Source of the DNA: an uncultured virus (IMG/VR IMGVR_UViG_3300009071_002060)
Lineage: Duplodnaviria > Heunggongvirae > Uroviricota > Caudoviricetes
IMG/VR virus record: IMGVR_UViG_3300009071_002060
Span: 62,001-116,711 of that record
Length of the DNA: 54,711 bases
Reading direction: 5' to 3' (one strand)
Position numbers and translations under genes: made by a program. Positions 17,700-26,505 of this stretch are shown here, in pieces. The notes under the pieces were generated by a model. That model saw nothing but the letters and a program-made list of their open reading frames with translations. It did no database searches and was not told the DNA's origin. Every line of letters starts with the position of its first letter. Position 1 is the first letter of the stretch.

Positions 17700-18617
17700 A
17701 TGAAAAAAATACTACTTTTAACTTTGGCCGGCTTGGCTTCTTTGGTTGTCACTGCAACCTCTGCAACCGCCAAAGACACTATCACTGTAGTCAATCCTAG
17801 CAACAAAGCTAGTCCAGCAACAGTATTTGCTAAGAGTTACGAACAAGCTCTAAGAGACGCACAATCAGACTATAACGTTGAATTTTATCAGGCATCAAGT
17901 TGTGCAGATGCTGACAAGAAGTATAAATCAACTGATAATGCCGTAATGGTATTTAATGCAGACGTTCGTATTGCTAGTATGGCAAAAGGCGTTGGTTGTG
18001 ATTTTTCTGCAAGTGCCAAAAACACAACATTAATCACGAAGAGCTATTTGAAGTTTTGTCGTGCTCCTGGATCAACAAAGGAATTTGGTACAGAAAATAC
18101 TACAGTAGGTATTGCTAGTGTTATTCTAAGTAAAGGTTTATTTGATGATTTAAACGGTGGAGTTAGAAAACTTAAAGGTGTTCCTTACTCAGGTTCAAAG
18201 ACAGTGTTAGCGGCAGTACTTGCTGGTGATATTGACTATGGAATTATTGGCGCAGGTGTTGTTAATTCACCATTGAAGGCCGGTAAGATTGAATGTGTTT
18301 ATGATTACGATCCAAGTGCGCCTAACTTTATTGGTGCAACTTTAAAGGAACTACAAGTTCCAACATTACCTATTATCCAAATGATTCATCATAACGGTGA
18401 TAGTGCAATGGGTAAAGCCGTAGCAAAAGCAGGAACAAATAAAAAGTTCTTAGACGGTATTGCATTTAATGGATTTAGTGATACTAAGAATGCAGGTGTG
18501 AACGCAGATGATGTAACTGTCGTTGATAACCACATTGTTAACGTATACGAAAACTACTGGAAAGCCGATGGCGAAGAAGGTGGTATTTGGAGTACAATCA
18601 AAGGTTGGTTTAACTAA
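17700..18617 (+). CDS. periplasmic substrate-binding protein, TctC/Bug-like
   Basis: Signal peptide, ITVVNP and VPYSGS..VLAAVLAGDIDY; adjacent to the TctA-like gene. Confidence 0.7.
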   Translation: MKKILLLTLAGLASLVVTATSATAKDTITVVNPSNKASPATVFAKSYEQALRDAQSDYNVEFYQASSCADADKKYKSTDNAVMVFNADVRIASMAKGVGCDFSASAKNTTLITKSYLKFCRAPGSTKEFGTENTTVGIASVILSKGLFDDLNGGVRKLKGVPYSGSKTVLAAVLAGDIDYGIIGAGVVNSPLKAGKIECVYDYDPSAPNFIGATLKELQVPTLPIIQMIHHNGDSAMGKAVAKAGTNKKFLDGIAFNGFSDTKNAGVNADDVTVVDNHIVNVYENYWKADGEEGGIWSTIKGWFN

Positions 18618-18636
18618 GCAACCAAAACAAACCCAT

Positions 18637-18672
18637 TAAAAAAGCCCGGTTTTTATACCGGGCTTTTTCTTT
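18637..18672. terminator. bidirectional intrinsic terminator between convergent transporter genes
   Basis: AAAAAAGCCCGGT-TTTTAT-ACCGGGCTTTTTCTTT. Confidence 0.88.
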
Positions 18673-18693
18673 GACTTAAAAATTAAGTAAAAA

Positions 18694-19647
18694 TTACTTA
18701 GCTTCTAAAATCTGACCTACTAAGTCTTGGCTGAAATAACCATCAAACTGGTCATAAACTGTAGAAGTTGCGTCTTTAAATTCTGCAACTGCTTCAGGTG
18801 TCCATTCGATAACTTTAATGCCTTCTTCAATAGCACGACTTTTAGCGGCCGCACCGTCGATTAATGACTCTTCTCTTTCAGCTACTGCGGCAATCTTTGC
18901 ACATTCAGTAATAACAGCCTGTTGTTCGGCTGTTAGGCTATTCCAAATCTTGTCTGAAATAACAATGCTTGTTAAGAATAAAGCATGTTCAGTATCTGCA
19001 ACTGTATCAGTAACAGTGTTGACAGCAGAACGGAAGTAACGTGGGAACACGTTCTCGCCGCCTTCACACTCGCCAGATGCAACTGACTGTGCAAAACCAT
19101 CAACGCCCATTGGTACTGTGTTAACACCAACTGCTTTGAAAGTAGCTTCTGAAACTGGGCTTGTACCACATCTCATTGTTGTACCAGCAAAGTCTGCAAT
19201 ACTATGAACTTCGTCATTAGTAGCAATCATTTTGAATCCACCACTGTATGTGAACGCAAGTCCACGTGCGCCGGAAGTATCAGCTAGTCCGTCTAGTAGG
19301 TAGTGTCCTACTGGTCCGTCTAGTACACGAGCGGCATGATCGTGATTTTCAAAGATGAAAGGCATATCGAGTGAATAGTAGTCTTCATTTAAAAGACCAA
19401 GAACAGTACTATAAGTTTGGCTCATAGAAACTTCACCTTGCTCTAGCTTCTTTAGAAGAGCACGGTTTCCAATTTCTTCACCGTTATTGTACTTGTCTTG
19501 CCATTCGTTTTTACCTAGGACTTCAACTTCAATTGCTCCATCAGTTTTTTCACTTACTGCCTTACTGAAAGCTTCAGCTGAGCGAAGGAAAAGATCGTAT
19601 GGAACATGAGCTAAGACCCAAGTAAGTTTTAGGGTATCTTTGTTCAT
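18694..19647 (-). CDS. TRAP transporter substrate-binding protein (DctP-like) lacking a signal peptide
   Basis: VSEKTDGAIEVEV, LDMPFIF, GGFK, DFAGTTMR and GGEN; AAGGAG SD favours ATG 19647. Confidence 0.85.
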   Translation of the reverse strand: MNKDTLKLTWVLAHVPYDLFLRSAEAFSKAVSEKTDGAIEVEVLGKNEWQDKYNNGEEIGNRALLKKLEQGEVSMSQTYSTVLGLLNEDYYSLDMPFIFENHDHAARVLDGPVGHYLLDGLADTSGARGLAFTYSGGFKMIATNDEVHSIADFAGTTMRCGTSPVSEATFKAVGVNTVPMGVDGFAQSVASGECEGGENVFPRYFRSAVNTVTDTVADTEHALFLTSIVISDKIWNSLTAEQQAVITECAKIAAVAEREESLIDGAAAKSRAIEEGIKVIEWTPEAVAEFKDATSTVYDQFDGYFSQDLVGQILEAK

Positions 19648-19831
19648 TTTATACATTCTCCTTATATATGCATATATTTTAGCTTTACATCTATTCAACA
19701 AAAAAATTTACTAGTATATATCTTTGTTGGGGGAATCTACAACGGGTTGGTTGTAAAGTATAAGATTTCTGCTAATGTTATTTATGCTGTCTAGGAAATC
19801 TAGTCAACATATCTTCTAGTTTACTACCTTA

Positions 19832-20308
19832 TTATTCAGGTAGAAAAAACGGGTCAGCTTGTTTTGCGGCATCAGTATAATCCACTGCGACACTTTTAAC
19901 TTCTAGTGTAGTATTATCATGTAACTTAGTTACTAATGCATCACTGTCATCAAGAATTTCAATTTTAGTTCTGATGTCGTTAGCAATATGATAAGCATTG
20001 ATTGTACTCATGTTACCGTGTGTAACAAAAACTCTACTGAATGTAGTTGCATCTGCTTCAGATCCAAAACCGTCCCACATAATTGTGAGTTGTTTTTTAC
20101 CATTCTCAAGTGTAGTAACAGTACCTGTGTCTACTTTTTGAGGTGAAGTTTCAGCATTCTCATTATTATCCATGGATTCGATCAATGCTCTATTTCGATC
20201 CCATTGTTGCTCCTTGATAGCATTCAGTGAAGCATCATCAGTCTTTTTTTGCACAAAGTCTGCTTCGTTATCTGCTACGTATGAGAAGCGAATTTTAAAA
20301 TTGGCCAT
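19832..20308 (-). CDS. hypothetical late protein
   Basis: AAGGAG SD; TAAATA at 20357-20362 on the minus strand. Confidence 0.75.
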   Translation of the reverse strand: MANFKIRFSYVADNEADFVQKKTDDASLNAIKEQQWDRNRALIESMDNNENAETSPQKVDTGTVTTLENGKKQLTIMWDGFGSEADATTFSRVFVTHGNMSTINAYHIANDIRTKIEILDDSDALVTKLHDNTTLEVKSVAVDYTDAAKQADPFFLPE

Positions 20309-20460
20309 TTTATGTATTCTCCTTAGCTAAAAGAGGGTTTTTCTCTTCTTCAGTATTATTTATCAGATACTGGTGTATACAATTAAAATAGCTTTATTAA
20401 TAGGTTGACATCCTGGAAGTATATGCTATAATTAACTAACTTTTTTACAGAACCTAATAA

Positions 20461-20473
20461 AATCAATGACTTA
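20461..20473 (+). promoter_or_regulatory. IHF-consensus site upstream of an early promoter
   Basis: AATCAATGACTTA matches WATCAANNNNTTR. Confidence 0.5.
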
Positions 20474-20487
20474 ACGGGGCAGAAAAT

Positions 20488-20545
20488 GGTTGACTTTTTG
20501 GTAAATCCACCGTATAATATATACATAATAAGGAATTAGGAGTTT
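20488..20545 (+). promoter_or_regulatory. early promoter cassette copy 5
   Basis: GGTTGACTTTTTGGTAAATCCACCGTATAAT...AATAAGGAATTAGGAGTT (TTGACT-17 bp-TATAAT). Confidence 0.85.
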
Positions 20546-20550
20546 AGCCC

Positions 20551-20970
20551 GTGAACAAGAAAATAGCCAAAACAGCCATAGCAATAATTATAGCACTGAT
20601 AGTTGCTCTGTTTGCTACAGATGTGATTGCAGAAGGTGTTGGCAAACATATTGATGTAAACGGTGTTGAATGCCCTACAACAGAATCTGGACGTTATCAG
20701 ACTGATAGCTGGGGACAATGTGAGATGAATCCTAAAGAATTTAACTTTAGACTTGCAGATACATGGCAGGACGAGATTGATGTCGTTCTTATGGTAATTG
20801 CAGGATTTATACTGTTTCCAGTTCTATGTATTATCCTTATTAACATCTTGCCAGTGGTACTTAGCTCACCATTTAAGATACTTGCAGTTGGTGTAGCAGG
20901 ATATGGATTCTACATTGACCATTTTGGTATCACTACATTTATAAAAACAACCGTAACAGGAATTTTCTAA
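20551..20970 (+). CDS. hypothetical membrane protein
   Basis: GTG start with AGGAG SD; N-terminal and C-terminal hydrophobic helices. Confidence 0.7.
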   Translation: MNKKIAKTAIAIIIALIVALFATDVIAEGVGKHIDVNGVECPTTESGRYQTDSWGQCEMNPKEFNFRLADTWQDEIDVVLMVIAGFILFPVLCIILINILPVVLSSPFKILAVGVAGYGFYIDHFGITTFIKTTVTGIF

Positions 20971-20980
20971 GGAGATACGA

Positions 20981-22288
20981 ATGAAGCCGTGGGAAGTAAT
21001 TAGCAAACTTGAAAGTGACAATAGCAGACTAGCCAAAGAGGCTATTGTTTTACAGGAAGCCCAAGAAGGTAACGATGCATTTTTTAATGGTGCTAAACTA
21101 GCACTTGACAGTATGGTAACATTTGGAATAAAACAAGTTCCAGAAGCAACCAAGTCTGGTGCTGGATTACAGCCTGAAACATTCTTTAAGTTTCTTAATC
21201 AATTTGCTGACAGAGAAATAACAGGTAATGAGGCCATTGCTAATGTTAATTTTCTACGTATGAAAGCCACAGTAGATGAATGGAACAGTTGGTACAGACG
21301 TATTTTGATTAAAGATTTACGTTGTGGCGTTACTGAAAAAACCATTAACAACGTAGTTAAAAAAGAGTTTCCGCAATACGAGATTCCAGTATTTTCATGT
21401 CAACTAGCACACGATGGTGCCAAGCACGAAAAGAAGATTGCAGGTACTAAAATGGTAGAAGTAAAGCTCGATGGTGTTCGAGTTATTACAATAGTATACC
21501 CAGATGGTAATGTAAATCAGTATAGCCGTAACGGTAAAGAACTACACAACTTTGCACACATCAAAGAGCAATTTGCACAATCTGCAAAATTACTTTCACA
21601 GCCTACAGTGTTTGACGGCGAAGTTATGAGTGCTAACTTTCAGGATCTTATGAAGCAGATCCATAGAAAAGAAAATGCAGAAACTACAGATGCCGTACTA
21701 CATTTGTTTGATATCTTAACACTTGCTGAATTCAAAGCAGGCAAAAGCGAGCATAGACAGTTTGAAAGATCTCAAACATTGCATAATTGGCATAAACATC
21801 TTGAAGGAATGATGCCTAATGTTGTTGTATGTGGTTTTGCTACTATAAACCTTGATTCTGATGATGGTATGGAAGCATTTAAGATAATTAATAATGATGC
21901 CATTGCTAAAGGGTACGAAGGGATTATGATTAAAGATCCAATGGCAATATACGAAACAAAACGTACTCATTCATGGCTAAAACAAAAACCTTATATTGAG
22001 GTAACATTGGAGGTAAAGGATGTCGAAGAAGGCACAGGACGTAACGAAGGAAAACTTGGAGCTCTTGTCTGTGAAGGAGAAGATGACGGACAAGTTATTT
22101 CAGTTAACGTTGGCAGTGGACTCACAGATACTAATCGCGATGATTTTTGGAGTTCTCGTGATAAGTTGCCTGGTCAGCTTGTAGAAGTTAGAGCTGACGC
22201 AATTACACAAAACCAAGATGGCACATATAGTCTAAGGTTCCCTCGTTTCTTAAGGTTCCGTGGCTTTAGTGTTGGAGAAAAAATTTAA
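20981..22288 (+). CDS. ATP-dependent DNA ligase
   Basis: EVKLDGVR (motif I), FDGE, FDIL, EGIMIK, WLKQK and SLRFPRF. Confidence 0.95.
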   Translation: MKPWEVISKLESDNSRLAKEAIVLQEAQEGNDAFFNGAKLALDSMVTFGIKQVPEATKSGAGLQPETFFKFLNQFADREITGNEAIANVNFLRMKATVDEWNSWYRRILIKDLRCGVTEKTINNVVKKEFPQYEIPVFSCQLAHDGAKHEKKIAGTKMVEVKLDGVRVITIVYPDGNVNQYSRNGKELHNFAHIKEQFAQSAKLLSQPTVFDGEVMSANFQDLMKQIHRKENAETTDAVLHLFDILTLAEFKAGKSEHRQFERSQTLHNWHKHLEGMMPNVVVCGFATINLDSDDGMEAFKIINNDAIAKGYEGIMIKDPMAIYETKRTHSWLKQKPYIEVTLEVKDVEEGTGRNEGKLGALVCEGEDDGQVISVNVGSGLTDTNRDDFWSSRDKLPGQLVEVRADAITQNQDGTYSLRFPRFLRFRGFSVGEKI

Positions 22289-22494
22289 TGTCTTTACGTG
22301 AAAGAATTGAAACCAGGCTGGATGCACTTCAGCACTGGATGGAGAGTGACTACCATTTAGAACGACCAGACGAAGTTATGCAACTATCATTAAGTATTAG
22401 TAAATTTTGGTCAGTGCTTAGTGAAGAAGATCGGGAATACGTACAGTATGCCCAACTTGCAATTGAAGATAAACTATCATGGAAAGGAAAGTAA
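22288..22494 (+). CDS. hypothetical protein
   Basis: TAATG-coupled 68-aa ORF. Confidence 0.7.
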   Translation: MSLRERIETRLDALQHWMESDYHLERPDEVMQLSLSISKFWSVLSEEDREYVQYAQLAIEDKLSWKGK

Positions 22495-22767
22495 ATGACA
22501 TATACAAAAGATGAGATTCAAGCAATGTTGCGAAGTGGGCTATTTACAGTCACCTTTAATAAAGTCAATGGTGACGAACGTGTTATGCCGTGTACCTTGG
22601 TTGAAAGTTATATCCCGGAGAGTGCCAAACCTAAGGGTACTAGCAAAGAACCAACTGCAAAACAACTTGAGAATCTTGGTGTTTGGTCCCTTGAAAGTGA
22701 AGGGTGGAGAAGTTTTAAGATTGAAAATGTTACTAATGTAGAGCCTTACATTCCGGAACCAGCCTAG
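22495..22767 (+). CDS. SH3-like beta-barrel protein of a family common in T4-like phages
   Basis: VTFNKVNGDERVMPCTL...VWSLESEGWRSFK. Confidence 0.75.
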   Translation: MTYTKDEIQAMLRSGLFTVTFNKVNGDERVMPCTLVESYIPESAKPKGTSKEPTAKQLENLGVWSLESEGWRSFKIENVTNVEPYIPEPA

Positions 22768-22772
22768 TCCAA

Positions 22773-23120
22773 ATGGACTATGATCCAAACCAAGATCTCG
22801 AGTACGTATTAAAAACTAGCGAATATATTAGGAGTAAATGTACTTCTAGTAGGAGTTATTCTGAAAACCTATACAGAGCTTTGTGCGATGTTGTATGGAT
22901 CAGTAAACACCCATTTGCTATTCTTAAACGTGATTCCTGGAACTGTTCATGGCGATATGCCGCTGAAATAGTTGGCGACTTAGCTTCTACTACAGAAGAG
23001 ATGTCTGACCATTTAGATTGGTACTCAGTTGGTGGAGAAGGGATCGTATCAAAAGAACTACTAGAAGATTTAGACAAATTAGGATTTATGCCTGTGTCTT
23101 TTGGTAAAACTAGTAGTTGA
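22773..23120 (+). CDS. hypothetical protein
   Basis: ENLYRALC...SWRYAAEIV...DWY..GGEG. Confidence 0.75.
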   Translation: MDYDPNQDLEYVLKTSEYIRSKCTSSRSYSENLYRALCDVVWISKHPFAILKRDSWNCSWRYAAEIVGDLASTTEEMSDHLDWYSVGGEGIVSKELLEDLDKLGFMPVSFGKTSS

Positions 23121-23204
23121 CTATACTAAAACGTTATGTTATATTATGTGTATTGTTTCAGTAGAATAGCTGAAGCAACGAACAAACTTAAAGGAGAAAG
23201 ACAT

Positions 23205-23489
23205 ATGTCTAATACTGTTCAATTTACGTCAAAGCAAAGTAAGGTTCTATCAGCTCTAACATCTGGTGAAGCTCTTACTGCAAAGCAGATCGAAGCAAGA
23301 TTTGGTGTTGGTAATGCCAGGTCAACTGTTTCAGCTCTTCGCATGAAAGGTTATGCAATCTTTTTGAACAGCCATAAGGATACTAAAGGTCGTCAGACTC
23401 AGAAGTATCGTATTGGTTCTGCGCCAAGAGCAGTTGTAGCCGCAGGTTATAAAGCACTTGCCGCTCAGGGTGAATCAGTTCACTCTTAA
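23205..23489 (+). CDS. winged helix-turn-helix DNA-binding protein
   Basis: LTAKQIEARFGVGNARSTVSALRMKGYAI; AAGGAG SD; TTGACT promoter near 23118 and a 5' hairpin at 23154-23177. Confidence 0.8.
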   Translation: MSNTVQFTSKQSKVLSALTSGEALTAKQIEARFGVGNARSTVSALRMKGYAIFLNSHKDTKGRQTQKYRIGSAPRAVVAAGYKALAAQGESVHS

Positions 23490-23496
23490 TAGCTAG

Positions 23497-23685
23497 TTAA
23501 ATAGCTAATTCAGAAGCCGGAGTCGTACTTGTCTCCGGCTTCTTCTTGATCATTAATTCAAATTGACAAACGTCATCACAGTCACATTTTGGTAAAAATT
23601 CAGGATCATTTATAAATCCATCAAAAAAGCCGCCGGTAATCGTAGAGCCCATAACACGCTCTTTCTTTTTACAAAGGGTTTCCAT
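23497..23685 (-). CDS. hypothetical Cys-containing protein
   Basis: Coupled to the upstream minus-strand gene; its 3' end runs through a terminator hairpin. Confidence 0.45.
   Translation of the reverse strand: METLCKKKERVMGSTITGGFFDGFINDPEFLPKCDCDDVCQFELMIKKKPETSTTPASELAI
23513..23548 (+). terminator. intrinsic terminator
   Basis: GAAGCCGGAG-loop-CTCCGGCTTC followed by TTCTT. Confidence 0.75.
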
Positions 23686-24128
23686 TATCTTATCTCTGGG
23701 AAGGTATGCTCGACTTCTTCAAACTTAATGCTTTTGATGCCAAGTCTTATTCTATTTGTGTTATTCCATTTTTGGAATAAATTGTAACGTATTGTTCGTT
23801 CGGGTTCGCCGGGTAGTTTAATTTGTTTTACGGTATCCCAGCAATGTGTTGAATCTAAGGCTCTCCTAGCATTCCAAAACCAAAGTTTAAGATCGCTAGG
23901 AGTTTTACTTGGATAGTCAAAAAAGTGATAGTATCTATAACATTGACTTGGATTTACTGAAACTGTTTCTGACAGATACTCTGCTTCGCCAGCCCGTGAT
24001 CCATAGTAATATATTTTTGATTCGAGATAGTTGAATGATTCTTTGATTTCTGTAGTCGGGCATAGTCCACTTTGCATGGCTAGTACACCTTCAGGAGATT
24101 GGTAGGTAATCTTGATCATTCTAGGCAT
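23685..24128 (-). CDS. hypothetical protein, tandem paralog A
   Basis: Shares MP.MIK.T, F.DYP..TPS.LK.WFW...RA.D, RT..YN..QKW and EEVEH.FPE with 24208..24654. Confidence 0.85.
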   Translation of the reverse strand: MPRMIKITYQSPEGVLAMQSGLCPTTEIKESFNYLESKIYYYGSRAGEAEYLSETVSVNPSQCYRYYHFFDYPSKTPSDLKLWFWNARRALDSTHCWDTVKQIKLPGEPERTIRYNLFQKWNNTNRIRLGIKSIKFEEVEHTFPEIR

Positions 24129-24147
24129 TCATCTACCTTATTGTAAA

Positions 24148-24175
24148 AATGATACGGCTCGAAGGCCGTATCATT
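24148..24175 (-). terminator. intrinsic terminator with a UUCG-containing loop
   Basis: Minus strand AATGATACGGC-CTTCGA-GCCGTATCATTTTT. Confidence 0.75.
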
Positions 24176-24207
24176 AATTTATTATACTAACGTACCCAAA
24201 TTATATA

Positions 24208-24654
24208 TTACTCTGGAAAGGAGTGTTCTACTTCTTCCCACGCGGTAAATGTAATTCCATTGGCGTTAAAATATTCGTTAATCCATTTTTGATAAACATT
24301 GTAATTTAATGTTCTAGCATCACCAGTGATTGGATCAGTAATGGATTTAGTAGTGTCTGATAGTTCGGCGGTATCGATAGCTCTTTTCTTATCCCAGAAC
24401 CAGCTCTTAAGGTTTGATGGAGTTGAATCTGGATAGTCATTAAATTTAAAATAAATTTGCATGTGTAGGTCGTCTGGGCTATCAAATACAGTTTGTTTTA
24501 TATAAGCGGCCGGATCAGTACTAGTATATAGTGTTTTAGCTTGGACTGCGGCATGCGACGTAACTACAGCATCTCCTGGGTTTTCGTCAGCAACAATACC
24601 CCAACCAATACTGTTAGATGGGCGTTTGAGTGTGACTTTAATCATTTTAGGCAT
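24208..24654 (-). CDS. hypothetical protein, tandem paralog B
   Basis: See paralog A; AGGAG SD; perfect TATAAATA at 24705-24712 on the minus strand. Confidence 0.85.
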   Translation of the reverse strand: MPKMIKVTLKRPSNSIGWGIVADENPGDAVVTSHAAVQAKTLYTSTDPAAYIKQTVFDSPDDLHMQIYFKFNDYPDSTPSNLKSWFWDKKRAIDTAELSDTTKSITDPITGDARTLNYNVYQKWINEYFNANGITFTAWEEVEHSFPE

Positions 24655-24735
24655 TTAGTATCTCCTGTTTAGAATCCTGCACGAGGGCTTTTCCTCTTAT
24701 AATGTATTTATAAAACTTTAATGATACAGCCTTAT

Positions 24736-25203
24736 TTACCCCATCCAAGTAGATACTTTTGAACTATCAACAACAGTGATATCAGAAACAGTTAAATTTT
24801 TCTCACGTTTATATACAGTTGCCCAGTATGCATATTGATTGTAGTCAAAACCATCACATTCACGTATACCGGGTCGTGTTACGGCTTTGCTGGATGCATC
24901 TGCCGCTATTTGTGTTAAAATTTCTCTAGTGTTAGTTAAGTACCAGTCCATTAAATATTCTGGCTCGGGATCTGGTAAATTTTCAAACCAATAGTATTGA
25001 TAGCAGTAAAGTGGATCTTCTTCTAATGTATAATACTTTGGATCAATACGTATTGTAGTATCTGTTCCGTCTTTTGGATCTGTTATTGCTGTTAAATTTT
25101 TAAACGATTCAATAACGTTTTCATCTTCACAATGGAATACAGCCTCTGTGGGCCATTCGTCGTCAGTGAATTGTCTTTGGTGTGTCACCCTAACTAATCT
25201 CAT
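24736..25203 (-). CDS. hypothetical protein, divergent tandem paralog C
   Basis: CYQYYWFENLPDPEPEYLMDWY and YNQYAYW align with paralogs A and B; GGAG SD. Confidence 0.75.
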   Translation of the reverse strand: MRLVRVTHQRQFTDDEWPTEAVFHCEDENVIESFKNLTAITDPKDGTDTTIRIDPKYYTLEEDPLYCYQYYWFENLPDPEPEYLMDWYLTNTREILTQIAADASSKAVTRPGIRECDGFDYNQYAYWATVYKREKNLTVSDITVVDSSKVSTWMG

Positions 25204-25288
25204 TTATGATTCTCCAATGATTATTTTATCAGCTTACTTTTACTTAGCGGTAAGTAATACGATGTATAAGTTTTAAATTGGTACATGA

Positions 25289-25687
25289 ATGACAGACATT
25301 TTTGACATGATAATAACGGGGATTATGATATGGGCCGCAGTCCACATAGTCGGCCGTATACTATATCGGTTTCTTGAGGTTTATAGACATAATCAGAATC
25401 GGCGCGAATACAATCGAGCATTGACAATGGGTTATGAAATAGAAAATCTTAAAAATGAAATAGATAAAAAGTTTGTTGTTGTAGACATCGAAAGAAATAA
25501 TGATCAATTGTATGCATATAATAACAGTACAAAAACATTCTTATACCAAGGAAAGACGTTGGATGAATTAAAAACTGGAATTGAAGAACGGTTTCCAGGA
25601 GTTCATTTAATGCTAACAGAAAAATCTGAAAACTTATTTAAATCTGACCTTGCTAAACTCAGATCAAGAAAGGACACGCAGGAATAA
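25289..25687 (+). CDS. hypothetical protein with an N-terminal membrane anchor
   Basis: Hydrophobic N-terminus; LYAYN..TKTFLYQG.TLDEL...IEERFP. Confidence 0.7.
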   Translation: MTDIFDMIITGIMIWAAVHIVGRILYRFLEVYRHNQNRREYNRALTMGYEIENLKNEIDKKFVVVDIERNNDQLYAYNNSTKTFLYQGKTLDELKTGIEERFPGVHLMLTEKSENLFKSDLAKLRSRKDTQE

Positions 25688-25693
25688 CCGCAT

Positions 25694-25921
25694 ATGGCAA
25701 AAGATGAAAAACTGACAGTATCAGGTGAAATCACAGATATTTTACCAAATACTATGTTTAAAGTTAAGTTACTAGAAGAAAATCTGAATCACGAAATAAT
25801 TGCATACTTAGGAGGAAAATTACGTCAACATAATATTAAAATCATACAAGGTGATATAGTTGATGTTGAAATGACTCCATACGATTTGTCGAAAGGTCGT
25901 ATTGTATATCGAAACAAATGA
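25694..25921 (+). CDS. infA: translation initiation factor IF-1
   Basis: MAKDE...[15 protein letters not shown]...AYLGGKLR...[22 protein letters not shown]. Confidence 0.95.
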   Translation: MAKDEKLTVSGEITDILPNTMFKVKLLEENLNHEIIAYLGGKLRQHNIKIIQGDIVDVEMTPYDLSKGRIVYRNK

Positions 25922-25947
25922 TATTAATAGAGTTGATAAATAGTTGC

Positions 25948-26505
25948 ATGTCCGATGATATTATAAAAAAATCTATACAAATAGTTGAACGTAGCGAACG
26001 CCCGCAGATGTCTGTGTTTAAGCCTCGTTATAGTGTTCCTTATGGGCTAAGTCCAATTACAAGTAGTTCAACTCTTGACAACCATTATAATAAACTTTAT
26101 AAAGGTTATGTTGACAAATATAACAAAGGTATCAATGTTGGCACTAATAAAGCCGGTGCTTATTTGCACGAAAAATGGTTTGAACAATTTAGACCTCGTA
26201 GACAAGTTAATAGACCCTCTGGCAAAATACTAGACTTAGTTAACAGACACTACGGAAGTATGAAAGACTTCAAAGATGCTCTTGTTGATGAGTGCCAAAA
26301 AGTATATGGAAGTGGTTGGGTTTATGTTAATCGCAATATGAAAATTAAACAAATACGCAATCATAGAATTCCACCAGATGGAATTATTTTAATAGTAGAC
26401 ATGTGGGAACATGCATGGGTAAGAGATTACGGATCTAATAAAAAACAGTATGTACAAAATCTTTGGAAACTGTTTGATTGGACTGTAATTAATGCTAGGA
26501 CATAA
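25948..26505 (+). CDS. Fe/Mn superoxide dismutase family protein
   Basis: LSP..S..TLDNHYNKLYKGYV, LHEKWF, GSGWV and DMWEHAW; likely start ATG 25948 after TAAATA-N5. Confidence 0.85.
   Translation: MSDDIIKKSIQIVERSERPQMSVFKPRYSVPYGLSPITSSSTLDNHYNKLYKGYVDKYNKGINVGTNKAGAYLHEKWFEQFRPRRQVNRPSGKILDLVNRHYGSMKDFKDALVDECQKVYGSGWVYVNRNMKIKQIRNHRIPPDGIILIVDMWEHAWVRDYGSNKKQYVQNLWKLFDWTVINART

Noticed and set aside
19660..19700. Minus-strand UGUAAAGCUAAAA resembling the 3' end of a SAM-II riboswitch
   Set aside because: The upstream P1 and conserved loop elements of SAM-II/SAM-V could not be found; kept only as an unclassified structured leader.
25251..25276. TAAGTA-N5-ATG micro-ORF MYKF*
   Set aside because: Four codons in AT-rich DNA; cannot be told from chance, although the spacing matches the leaderless pattern.
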